From positions 3,225,500-3,289,499 of the forward strand of contig CAVQTR010000003.1 of NCBI GenBank assembly GCA_963716685.1: a DNA stretch of 64,000 nt, in the 5' to 3' direction. The DNA comes from Bryobacterales bacterium. Its GTDB lineage: Bacteria; Acidobacteriota; Terriglobia; Bryobacterales; Bryobacteraceae. Under the pieces are notes generated by a model, which was not told the DNA's origin, did not search any database, and saw only the letters and a list, made by a program, of their open reading frames with translations. Shown piece after piece: positions 8,588-18,953 of this stretch (the first letter of the stretch is position 1; each line of letters starts with the position of its first letter). Position numbers and translations under genes: made by a program.

Positions 8588-10150
8588 ATGGCGACCAAAG
8601 TTTACGACGTGTGCATTGTGGGTTCCGGCGCCGCCGGGGGTGTCCTCTCGTCTCATCTCGCACGCGCGGGCGTGGATGTCGCCGTGGTGGAAGGCGGGCC
8701 CAAAGTGAACACCCGCACGGATTTCAACACCCACGCCCTTCCCTTCGATTTCCCCAACCGCCACATTCCCACGATGAAGCCCGGGCGTGAGGGTTTCGAT
8801 TCCGAACGCTCCCGCGGCGTCGGCGGCAAGACCATGCTCTGGAACGCGGTTGCGCTCCGCCTGAGCCCGCGCGATTTCAAGGGCCGCCGCTACGAAGGCG
8901 CGGGCGAAGACTGGCCGCTCGAATACGCCGATCTTGCGCCTTACTACGAACGCATTGAGCGCGAAGTGGGGGTGTGCGGCAACGCGGACCATCTGGAAGA
9001 TCTGCCCGATGGCGTTTTCCTTCCACCGGTTCCCCTCAAGCGCAGCGATCTGCTGATCCAGCGCGGCGCGGCAAAACTCGGCGTGAAAGTGATTCACGTC
9101 CGCAAGTCCACGCTCAGCGTTGCGTCGAAGACCCGGCCCGCCTGCCACTTCTGCGGCAATTGCATGTCTGGCTGCGACGTGGCCGCGAAATATAATTCCG
9201 CAGACGTCCACATGAACCCGGCGCTGGCCACCGGCAAACTGGACATCTTCCCCAACTCGATTGTGCGCGAAGTGGCCGTCTCGAACGAGAACCGCGTCAC
9301 TGGCGTCCGCTTCCTCGACCGGCACAGCAAAGCCGAAGGCGAGATCCGCGCGCGTTCGGTGGTGGTCTCCTGCGCCTGCGTGCAGAGTGTCGCGCTGCTA
9401 CTCATGTCGAAGTCGCGCCTCTATCCCACGGGTCTTGGCAACTCGTCCGGCGAACTCGGGAAGAACTTCATCCCGCACTTTACCGGCGGAGTGGAGATCT
9501 TTCTTCACGACCTGATTGGTCAGCCGGTCACCAATGACGAAGGCTTCCTGGACCACGCCTACCTGCCTTCGTTCATGCATGGCCGCCGGCGAGAATATGC
9601 GCGCAGTTTCGGCATGCAATTCAATTATCAAAATCATCGGACGGTGGGATGGGCGCGGTCGCTGCCGGGGTTCGGTGCTTCTTACAAAGCCGCCGTAAAA
9701 GCCCGGTATCCCGCCTATGTCGTCATGTCCCCGTATGGCGAAATGCTGCCGCACGCCGGCAGTTTCATCGATCTTGATCCCAAAGAGAAGGATGGCTTCG
9801 GGCTCCCCGTCGCGCGCCGCACATTGACTTACAGCGAGAATGACCGCCGCCTGTTCCGCGATATGACGGATTGGGCGCGCCGCGTTTCGGAGTCCGCCGG
9901 CGCGGAAATTCTTTCGGTCAGCCCCGATCCCAAACCGAACCACGAAATTGGCGGCGCGCGCATGGGCGAAGATCCGCGCCGCAGCGTGCTCAACTCGTTC
10001 TGCCGCTCTCACGACGTTCCCAACCTTTACGTTGTGGATGCCAGCGTCTTCCCGTCGTCTTCGGAGAAGAATCCGACCCATACGATCATGGCGCTGGCCG
10101 CCCGCACGGCCGACCACATTGCCGATCGGCTGCGCAAAGGAGACATGTGA
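8588..10150 (+). CDS. GMC family FAD-dependent oxidoreductase (gluconate 2-dehydrogenase flavoprotein-like)
   Basis: N-terminal Rossmann FAD motif (DVCIVGSGAAGGVLSSHLARAG) and C-terminal GMC signature (...HEIGGARMG...NLYVVDASVFPSS...). 520 aa. Confidence 0.85.
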   Translation: MATKVYDVCIVGSGAAGGVLSSHLARAGVDVAVVEGGPKVNTRTDFNTHALPFDFPNRHIPTMKPGREGFDSERSRGVGGKTMLWNAVALRLSPRDFKGRRYEGAGEDWPLEYADLAPYYERIEREVGVCGNADHLEDLPDGVFLPPVPLKRSDLLIQRGAAKLGVKVIHVRKSTLSVASKTRPACHFCGNCMSGCDVAAKYNSADVHMNPALATGKLDIFPNSIVREVAVSNENRVTGVRFLDRHSKAEGEIRARSVVVSCACVQSVALLLMSKSRLYPTGLGNSSGELGKNFIPHFTGGVEIFLHDLIGQPVTNDEGFLDHAYLPSFMHGRRREYARSFGMQFNYQNHRTVGWARSLPGFGASYKAAVKARYPAYVVMSPYGEMLPHAGSFIDLDPKEKDGFGLPVARRTLTYSENDRRLFRDMTDWARRVSESAGAEILSVSPDPKPNHEIGGARMGEDPRRSVLNSFCRSHDVPNLYVVDASVFPSSSEKNPTHTIMALAARTADHIADRLRKGDM

Positions 10151-10719
10151 GCTTTCCCGACGAAACGCGCCGCGAAGCCCTGAAGATCATGGGTGCGATC
10201 GGCGGAACCTGCGCGTTTCCCTTCGCTTCCAATGAGCTCTACGGTCAGGATGCGCCGCCGCAGCAGGTGCACCAGCATGCCGGACCGCCACAGCGTCCGC
10301 CCGTGATAGCCGGACCTGTCAGGCCCGGCTACTTTTCCGAGAACGACTTCGCCGTCATCAGCCGCATGGCCGAGCTGATCATTCCGAAAACCGATACGCC
10401 CGGCGCCATCGAAGCGGGCGTTCCTCTGTATATCGATGCGGTGGTGGGTGCGAGCAAACCGCTGCAGCAGCTGTGCCAGGCAGCCCTCACTTCAGACGAT
10501 CTCGCGGGCTTCGGCGGCTTGAGCGAGTCCCGGCAAATCGCGGTGCTCACCAAGCTCGATACAGCGTACGATACCGAACCCGCCAGGTTCTTTCACCTGA
10601 TCAAGAGCCTGACCGCCGATGGCTACTACACCTCCTATACTGGCCTGATCGAGGAGCTTGGTTACAGCGGCAACACCGTGCTGGCGCGGTTCCCGGTCTC
10701 GGAGCTCCCCGAACACTGA
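10147..10719 (+). CDS. gluconate 2-dehydrogenase subunit 3-like protein with twin-arginine (Tat) signal
   Basis: GTG at 10147 overlaps the GMC stop (ATGTGA). It gives SFPDETRREALKIMGAIGGTCAFPFAS (RRxxLK Tat motif) followed by a roughly 160-aa domain. The listed ORF 9871-10719 is in the same frame, but its N-terminus lies inside the GMC gene. Confidence 0.65.
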   Translation: MSFPDETRREALKIMGAIGGTCAFPFASNELYGQDAPPQQVHQHAGPPQRPPVIAGPVRPGYFSENDFAVISRMAELIIPKTDTPGAIEAGVPLYIDAVVGASKPLQQLCQAALTSDDLAGFGGLSESRQIAVLTKLDTAYDTEPARFFHLIKSLTADGYYTSYTGLIEELGYSGNTVLARFPVSELPEH

Positions 10720-11840
10720 TGCGCCTGAACCGTCTCGCTCTGCTGCTGACCGCTGCTGTTTTCGCTGCCACGCGCCCGCCGGATATTCCGTTTGAGAAGA
10801 TCACGCTCGATCTGGGCGCCAGCGAGAGCGCCGCCGTTGCCGACATCAATGGCGATGGCCGGCTCGACGTTGTCTCCGGCGAGAACTGGTATGAAGCCCC
10901 GAAGTGGACCAAACACCACTTCCGCGACCTGCCTTACACCAATTACTACATCGACAATTTCAGCGATCTGCCGCTCGATGTGAACGGCGATGGCGCCATC
11001 GACATCGTGGGCTGTTCCTGGTTTGGCAAGCGGCTGATCTGGTTTGAAAACCCCGGCAAAAAGGGTGGCCCGTGGAAAGAGCACCCCATCGATTCCGGGT
11101 TTAACATCGAGTTCGCGTTCCTTGTGGACATCGCAAGAAAGGGAGACCGGCGCGACGTTCTGCCGCAACCTGGCAATCAGGACTCGCCTCTCGCCTGGTA
11201 TGAAGCGCGCGACGGCGGCTTCACCAAACACATCGTCAGCAATCGCAGTTACGGCCACGGCATCGGCGCAGGCGACGTCAATAACGACGGCCGCACCGAC
11301 ATCCTGACCTCGAAAGGCTGGCTGGAAGCACCGGCCGACCCGCGCTCCCCCGCCGAATGGAAGTGGCACCCCGACTGGGACCTCGGCCAGACCGGTTTTC
11401 TCTTCGTCAACGATGTGAATGGGGACGGCCGCATGGACATCGTCACCTCATTGGCGCACGACTACGGCATTTTCTGGCTCGAACAGACCGCCGACGGCAA
11501 GTGGACCAAACACATGATCGACGACAGCTGGTCACAGGCGCACGCGGTCACCATGGTCGATCTGAACGGGGATGGCCGAATGGATTTCGTGACGGGCAAA
11601 CGCTTCTGGGCGCACAACGGCCATGATCCCGGAGGGCACGAACCGCTGGGCGTCTACTGGTACGAACACACCGCGGGCACGCCCATGGAGTGGGTTCGCC
11701 ATGTGGTGGATTACGGCACCCGCACCGGTGGGGGTATGCAAATCCCGGTGGCCGACCTGAACGGCGACGGCAAACCCGACTTCGTGGTCGCCGGCAAAGG
11801 CGGCCTGTTTCTGTTTCTCAACGAGCGGCCGAATCGCTGA
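10719..11840 (+). CDS. secreted FG-GAP/VCBS repeat beta-propeller protein
   Basis: ATG at 10719 overlaps the preceding TGA. Signal peptide MRLNRLALLLTAAVFAA. Repeated DxNGDGxxD(I/V)V motifs (DINGDGRLDVV, DVNGDGAIDIV, DVNNDGRTDIL, DVNGDGRMDIV, DLNGDGRMDFV, DLNGDGKPDFV). Confidence 0.7.
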   Translation: MRLNRLALLLTAAVFAATRPPDIPFEKITLDLGASESAAVADINGDGRLDVVSGENWYEAPKWTKHHFRDLPYTNYYIDNFSDLPLDVNGDGAIDIVGCSWFGKRLIWFENPGKKGGPWKEHPIDSGFNIEFAFLVDIARKGDRRDVLPQPGNQDSPLAWYEARDGGFTKHIVSNRSYGHGIGAGDVNNDGRTDILTSKGWLEAPADPRSPAEWKWHPDWDLGQTGFLFVNDVNGDGRMDIVTSLAHDYGIFWLEQTADGKWTKHMIDDSWSQAHAVTMVDLNGDGRMDFVTGKRFWAHNGHDPGGHEPLGVYWYEHTAGTPMEWVRHVVDYGTRTGGGMQIPVADLNGDGKPDFVVAGKGGLFLFLNERPNR

Positions 11841-11855
11841 CGGCCGGAAATCTCA

Positions 11856-13450
11856 TTACCCGGGCAGCAGAGCCCGAATCGTCTCGATGGTATCCGCTTC
11901 CGTGGCCGGTTTATCGAGCCGCCATCGCGCCATCCGGGGAAAGCGCACCGCAATGCCCGACCGGTGCCGCGGACTCTTCTGGATGCCTTCAAACGCCAGC
12001 TCAAAAACCAACTCCGGCTTCACCGACCGCACCGGCCCGAACTTCTCGATCGTGTTTCGTCTGACGAACGCATCCACCTTGCGAATCTCTTCGTCGGTCA
12101 GCCCCGAATAGGCTTTGGCGAAGGGCACCAGCGTGTCGCCGTCCCACACCCCAAACGTGTAATCGGTGAACAGACTGGCGCGGCGTCCACTTCCTGGCTG
12201 CGCATAGAGCAACACCGCATCGATCGAGAACGGTTCGATCTTCCACTTCCACCAATCGCCGCGGCGGCGCCCCACACGATAAGGCGATCCGCGGCGCTTC
12301 AGCATGAACCCTTCCACCCGGCGCTCGCGCGACTGCGGCGCGCAACTCCATCAGGCGCTCCCAGGATTCCGCCTCCACCACCGGCGAGAGCACCAGCCGG
12401 CCGCTGTCGCGCATCGACTCCACCAGCCCGGCGAGTTTCCCGCGGCGCTCTTCAATGGGCTCCTCGCGAATGTCGCGGCCTTCCCACTCCAGCAGATCGT
12501 AAGCCAGAATCACCACGGGCACATCCGCCAGAATCTTCGGCCCCAGCACTTTGCGCCCGATGCGCCGCTGCATCTGCGCAAACGGCAGCGGCTGTCCAGC
12601 CACCCACGGCAGAATTTCGCCATCGATCACCGTGCCCTCGGGCAGCAGCGCACCCATAGCCTCCAGTTCCGGGAAAGCGCTCCGTCACCAGTTCCTCGCC
12701 GCGCGACCAGATGAACGTCCGCCAGTTCCGCCGGATCAGCTGCGATCGGATGCCATCCCATTTCCATTCGATCTGCCACTCCGCGATGTCGCCCAGCTGC
12801 GCGATCTCGCCTTCGATCGGATAAGCGAGGAAGAACGGATAGGGCCGGCTCACATCCGCATCTTCGGCTTCGCTTCGCGATCAGCTGGGCGTAAAACTCG
12901 GGCGAAGGATGCCAGTCGCCCATCAACCGGTGAGAAATCACCGGAGCCGCGATGCCGCTCACCTGCGCCAGAGCGCGCACCACCAGACTTTGCGACACCC
13001 CCACGCGAAACGCGCCGGTGATCAGCTTGTTCCAGACGAACCGCTGCGGCTCGTCCATCTCCCGCCATGCATTTACGAGTGAATCGCGGCGCAGATCGTC
13101 GTTCCACCTCGCCAGCGGAAGCAGCCGCTCTTCCACCCAGTAATGCAGCGGCAGATCGGTGGTCTTCTCCGCGTCCGGCAGCAGCAGGGCAATCGTCTCC
13201 GCCAGGTCGCCCACCGCCTGATAGCACTCATCGAACATCCACCCCGGCACCTGCGGATTCTTCGATGGCCCACTCCACCAGCTTGCGGGTTTCGATCAGC
13301 CGCTTCGGGCGCCGCCCAATCAGAAAATGAATGGCCCAGACGGCGTCCTCCGGAGGAGCCGCGCTGAAGTAGGCCGTCAGAGCGTCGGTCTTCAGATTGG
13401 TTTTGGTGGTCTCGTCGAGCGCGGTGTACAGGTCCGCAAAAAGCCTTCAT
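11856..13450 (-). pseudogene. ATP-dependent DNA ligase (LigC-type, ligase-associated DNA damage response), reading frame broken at least 4 times
   Basis: Fragments spread over several frames: ligase N-terminal region (MKAF.ADLYTALDETT...), adenylation motif I (EWKWDGIR), the adenylation/OB domains, and the C-terminal motif (EGFMLKRRGSPY..GRR.GDWWKWK). One break is at an A5 run at 13439-13443, where A4 is expected. Confidence 0.7.
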
Positions 13451-13452
13451 GG

Positions 13453-14496
13453 CCGCCCGCCGCTAGTCCGTTTCCTCTTCGTTTTCAAAGCGCGTCTCGA
13501 GCGCGCGCGAGGCCAGGCCCTGCTCACTCAGCCACCGCACCAGCGGCGCGCGATAGCCATGCGTCACCAGCACTTGCTTCCGCTCCGGTTTCGGTCAATG
13601 GCGCGCAGCAGTCCCGGCCAGTCCGCATGATCCGAAAGCGCAAACCCGCGGTCGAGCGACTGGCGCCGGCGCGTTCCCCGTACCCGCATCCACCCCGATG
13701 CAAACCCTGTGGACACCGCGCCAAATTTCCGCATCCACGCGACTCCCATTGCAGGAAGGCGGTGCGACGATCAGCGACCGGCTCCAGTCGATACCCGCGC
13801 TCCACGTCGCCCGCGTACAGCGTCTCCGGCAAATCGATGCCGGACTCGCGATAGACCTGGTTCAATTTCTGCACGGCGCCGTGGCAAAAGATCGGCCCAA
13901 TCGCAGGGTCCACGCCGGCAATCAGCCGCTGCGCCTTGCCGAGCGAATATGCAAAGAGCACGCTCGCCTTCCCGGCCTGCTGATTCGCGCGCCACCAGGC
14001 GTCGATCTGCGCGAAGACCTCCGGCTGCGGGACGCCAGCGGTAGATCGGCAGTCCGAAGGTGCGATTCGGTGATGAAGGTATGGCAGCGTACCGGCTCGA
14101 ACGCGTCGCACGTGCGGTCTGTTGTCGATCTTGTAATCGCCCGAAACCACCCACACGTCGGCCAGCGGCTTCAATGCGCACCTGCGACGAACCCAGGACG
14201 TGTCCGGCGGGATGTAAGGAAACACGCACGCCACCCATGGCGATCGTCTCGCCGTACACGGCCGTCTCGATGCAGGCGTCTGTGCCGATACGGGCGCGCA
14301 GTATCCCGGCTCCCGCCGCCGATGTAAGATATCGCTTGGAACCCGAACGTGCGTGGTCGGAATGGGCGTGGGTAATAACAGCGCGGTCTACCGGACACCA
14401 CGGGTCCACGTAGAAGTCTCCCTGCTCACAGTAGAGACCGTTGGGAGTGACATCTAAAATAGCGTTCCACAGGCTCAGAGCCGCATCCTGTTTTCC
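13453..14496 (-). pseudogene. ligase-associated DNA damage response exonuclease (metallo-beta-lactamase fold), frameshifted
   Basis: LYCEQGDFYVDPWCPVDRAVITHAHSDHARSGS ... FGLPIYRWRP ... RGFALSDHADWPGLL is the typical partner of LigC-type ligases. The start ATG at 14496 is separated from the body by a homopolymer break (T4 at 14489-14492; reading 5 restores MEKQDAALSLWNAILDVT...). At least 2 more breaks lie further in. Confidence 0.65.
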
Positions 14497-14534
14497 ATGA
14501 TAGAGTGATGACTCAGATCGCGGGGGGGACCACC

Positions 14535-17500
14535 ATGAAGGTTTTTCCGATCTTATTTTTACTTACCACCGGCTTTCTGACCGGAGTTTCTCAAGCGGCA
14601 AGCGCAAGCCTTGACCGCGCGCTGGAATACGAAAGACAAGGCAATCCTGCTGCCGCGCGCAGCGTCCTGGTCAAAGGCCGTCCAGTCTTCGCCCCACGAT
14701 GCCCAAAGCCTAATCGATTACGCCCAGTTTCTGGACCGGTACGGCGACGCCAATGCCCGCGCCGTTTACCGGCAGGCTGCCGCCGAGTCCAAAAACCTTC
14801 CCGTTCTGAAGCGTATCGTGCTGCTGGACCTGTCGCCGGAGATCGGGCATCCGCCGCGAAAGACCTGGCCGCTTATCGAAGCGGCAGGCGGCACCGATTG
14901 GAAGCTCCGCGAAGTTCAGCTCGGCCGACACCGTGGCGGAAAAACGGCAGTACATCAAGATTCCCGGCCCGCTGCGTTCCTTCGGGCGCATGGCCGCGAT
15001 TTCGCCCGAAAGCGATCCGAACGAAGTGCTGGTCTCGCTGGCCCGCAACGTGGTCACCAACGGCTATCAGGCGTCGCACAGCAACGACGCTCTGGAACAA
15101 ACCGAATATCTGAAGCTGGTCAATCGCTATCTTTCGCAGGCGCGTGAACTGGAAAAGCTGGCCGGCGCCGATCACATGATCCACATCGCCAACTGCGATT
15201 CCACCGAGACCGGCGATCTGCTGCGGGTGCTCGGCTTCCGCATGCGCGGCGGCTGCGGCAGCGAAGTGGTGCTCGAAACCGTCAATGCCACCCGCGCCTT
15301 CCTGAGCACCGATTCCGGCTTTCCCATGGCGGAACTGGAACAGGCCCTGCGCACCAACAAGCCCTTTCGTCTACGATTATTCACCCAGCCGACGTCCCGG
15401 TTCTTTACGGCCCCGATTACTGGATCACCGCAGAAGGAAAAGAGCGACGGCGAATTCATCGACGCGTTCCTTGGCGATCCCGTCGCTCTGCCGTTTTTAT
15501 CTCGGCATGGCCAAGCTCGACCGCGCAGACTGCCGACGCGCTGAAGGAAGGACATTCCCGCTCCGCGGCTGCGCGCGTATGCTCACGTGCTCGATTTCTT
15601 CGGCGGCATGTTCGAGATCCGCGACGGCAAAGCGGTTGTTCCCGGCGGTCAGCGTTCCGCCGCGGCGTGGGCCGAACTGGCTGGGCGTCGAGTCCCGATA
15701 AGGGCGCTGCGTTCTTTGAAAAGCTGATGGCCAAAGACGATGGCTGGCTGGCCAGCCAGTTCGACGCGCTTTGCCCGCATTCACGGTCCCGTCCAGGAAT
15801 ACCTGACCGACCCGGCCCGCATGAAGCGGTTTTACTCCGCGATCCGCGGCAAAGTCACCAGCCCGGTCCGGCGCGCCCGGTATTCCGCGCCAATGCGGAT
15901 ATGATGCTGCTCACCACGCGGCTGCGCATGGACCCCAACGGTCAGGCCCACATCCCCGGCAGCATTGAGATCTGGAAGAATCTCTTCATCAACCATCCGC
16001 ACGGGAAGTACGACGCCAAGCTGACGCACGCGGCGCCCGGCTGGAAGGATTCCGATGACGTTCTCGAAGCGCTGTTCGGGCTGTCCCGCAAGTCCGTGGA
16101 AAACGAGCCGCTTAAGATTTTCATGGCGCTCAGCGATCTGGACCGCAACCGCGCGCAGCCGCTGAAGGCCGCCACAGTCGACCGGCTGGCCCGATCTTTC
16201 AAGGAATACGGAGCGCAGTACGCGATCTTCAACGACGCGCCCACGTCTGAAAGATCCCACCATCATCGCCTTTCTGGATACAGCCGCGAGGCATCGATAA
16301 GATCCGCGACACCGCGCTGCGTCAGAATGCAGCCGGAACCATGCAGGCGCTCATCGGCATGTGGCAGATCTTCTGCCGCCAGGGCCTGGTGGCGCAAGGC
16401 AGAGAAGACCAGACACTTGCCGGTATCCTGCAGCACTTCGACCAAGTGCGATAACGAAGCCGCATCTGTTCGATGGCGGCCGCGCCGGCGTGAAAGTGCT
16501 GCTGGCGGCCACGGGCCCGGTGCCCGCGGAAGGCGAAACCGCAGGAGCGCATGCTCGGGCTGCTGGCCGGCGTCAACAATCCTGTCCGACACCGACGTTC
16601 GCGACCAGCTGGTGACTGAGATGCAGCGCGTGCTCGAAGCGCAGCGCATACTCTCTCTCGACATCATCCTGCAGCTGGCCGACAATCTGGAAGGCGTTTC
16701 GCAAAGGTCAGAAGCTCAACGCTGCTCTGGCCGCGAAACTGGCCGCGCGCGTATCGGAAATTCAGCTCCCGCGCAACTCGCTTACCGGCGCGGAGAAGAA
16801 CGCGCTGGCGTTCGGCTACTGGACTGAGACGCCACATCGACGATGGAGCGCAAGACTCAACATGCGCGCGCTCATCGATAAGGCGCAGAAGGATCCGGAA
16901 AAGCTGAAGGAAATCCGCGGCCTGCTGGCGCCGTTCCTGCGCGACACGCTGGTGGCTTACAACTACGTCCACTATGCCCCGCCGGGCGCGCAGATTCTGT
17001 ATACCAATCCGCTGTTCGTCCGCGGCCACGATTTCATCGGAATGCAGGGCTCGAACCACACCTGGAAGGCCACCGAAATGTTCGGCACCGGCTGGCCTTC
17101 GAATGGCGGCGGCCGCCTGGTGGGCTCGCTGTCGGACCTGCCTTACGCGCTGGCCGAAGCCGAACAGAACTTCCTGATTCCCACGCAGACGCAGGCGCTG
17201 ATCTGGGGCGATCTGGTTCCGCAGATGATTCTGAGCGCCAAGATCCCGCGCTGGTGGAACGTGACCCCGGCGCAGATGCACTGGGTCGGACTGCACATGC
17301 GCTACGGCCAGTCGCTGCTGGCTGAGGCCGCTGCTCGATCCGAAGCTCCGGCCATGCCGTGCTGGATGCGCTCGAACTTGCAGGCGGCTCCGGCGCGCCG
17401 CGTCAGCGTCGAGCGATTCCCTGGCGGCCGGTGATGTCCGGCAGGCCATCGACAAGCTGACTCCCTCCGAACTCTACGGCATGGCGTGCGAGATGTCGTC

Positions 17501-17935
17501 GCACGGCTTCACCGATGCCGGCCCGGAAGCCGCCGAACTCACGCGGCTGAAGAACGACAACGCCGCACAGGTGAGCGATGCGGCGATTTCGCGGCCTTCG
17601 GAACGCCCAAGCCGACGCTCGCGAATTCCTACAGCCGGAACTGCTGAAGCTGCGCACCTTCCCTACGCTGATGGGCTATTCCAGCCGCATCATGGCGGAG
17701 AGCTGGGAATCGAATATGCTCTACTGGGCCGCGCTGGCCGACCAGCTGCAGATTTCGCCGGCGCAGCTGAACGTGCTGATTCCGGAGTGGACGCAAAAAG
17801 TGGTGGAACGGATCTTCGCCTCGCATCTGGAAGACTGGCCGGCGTTGTTGAAATCGCTGCGGCTGGTGGGCGAAGACGTTCGAGCTACAGGCATTGAAAA
17901 ACAGCGGTGGAGACCAAAAGGCGGCTTTGATTCAG
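14535..17935 (+). pseudogene. large hypothetical secreted protein (about 1100 aa), reading frame broken at least 5 times
   Basis: Six consecutive same-strand ORFs in alternating frames (14505, 14611, 14933, 15667, 16862, 17578). All have protein-like composition. The first carries a signal peptide (MKVFPILFLLTTGFLTGVSQA). No family recognised. Confidence 0.35.
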
Positions 17936-17937
17936 TG

Positions 17938-18953
17938 ATGAAGCGAATGTGGAAAGTGGCGGCGCGTCTCGCCGCTTGTCGTCGGCGGCGGCATCTGGTT
18001 GTGGGCGCAGGATCCAGTGGGCGCCGGACCGCTCCGCCGTATTCAAATCCAAAGTGGATCTGGTGGTGCTGAGCTTCACGGTGACGGATAGCAAGGGCCG
18101 CTACATCAACGGTCTGAAGCCAAGCGATTTCCGCATCACCGAAGACGGCATCACGGAGAAACTCACCACGTTCGCCGAAGGCACGCAGCCCGGCGATGGA
18201 GGTGCTGCCCGACGGCACGCTGCGGCCGATGGTCAAGGCCGAAGACGAGGTCGGCGAAACCGGGACAGGGCGCGCCGACGCTTTCGTCGGCACCAACGTG
18301 TTCGTTCTCTTCGACACCAGCAACTTCATGTACAAAGGCTTCGTCTACGCGGAGGACGCCATCGCCGATTTCGTGCGCGGCCTCGATAAAGCCGATTCCG
18401 TCGCGGTCTATACCTTCAGCCGCAATCTGTCGCGCGCCGCGTACGCTGACCGCGCGACCGCAACGACGCCATCATGGGCCTGCGCAAAGCCGTGGCCGGA
18501 GACGATACCGCGCTTTACAATGGCCTGCTGCTGTCACTGCGCGATGCCGCGAAGGTGCCGGGCCGCAAGGTGGTCATCGTGTTCTCGAACGGGCCGGATA
18601 ACGCCAGCATGGTGGCTCCCGACGATGTCCGCGCCGTCGCCGAAGACGAAGGGATTCCGATCTACGTCATCTCGACCAACGAGGTGAACAAGGACTCCAT
18701 CTCGAGCAGCGTCTTCCGCCGCATCACGTCGCGCACCGGCGGCAAAGCCTACTGGGCCAAGACCTGGCAGAAACAGGTGGAAGCCTTCGAGAGCATCCGC
18801 GAGGATCTCGGCAACTCCTACACCGTCACGTACTATCCGCAGCCGAATCCCAACGAAGGGTTCCGCAAGATCAACGTCGAAATTACCAGTGACGCCGGCA
18901 AGAAGTACCGGGTCCGGTCGCGGCCCGGCTACCGCCCGCGCGCGGCTTGTTAG
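17938..18953 (+). pseudogene. VWA (von Willebrand factor A) domain protein, frameshifted (3 frames)
   Basis: MKRMWKVAARLA.. signal. Then ...VDLVVLSFTVTDSKGRYINGLKPSDFRITEDG ... VFVLFDTSNFM ... VVIVFSNGPDNASM ... IPIYVISTN ... YTVTYYP, the architecture of acidobacterial VWA proteins. Confidence 0.6.

Noticed and set aside
8552-9325. N-terminal 258 aa of the listed 552-aa minus-strand ORF
   Set aside because: The aldo-keto reductase begins at the internal ATG at 8551 with its family N-terminal motif. The upstream part is antisense to the GMC oxidoreductase and Ala/Arg/Gly-rich.
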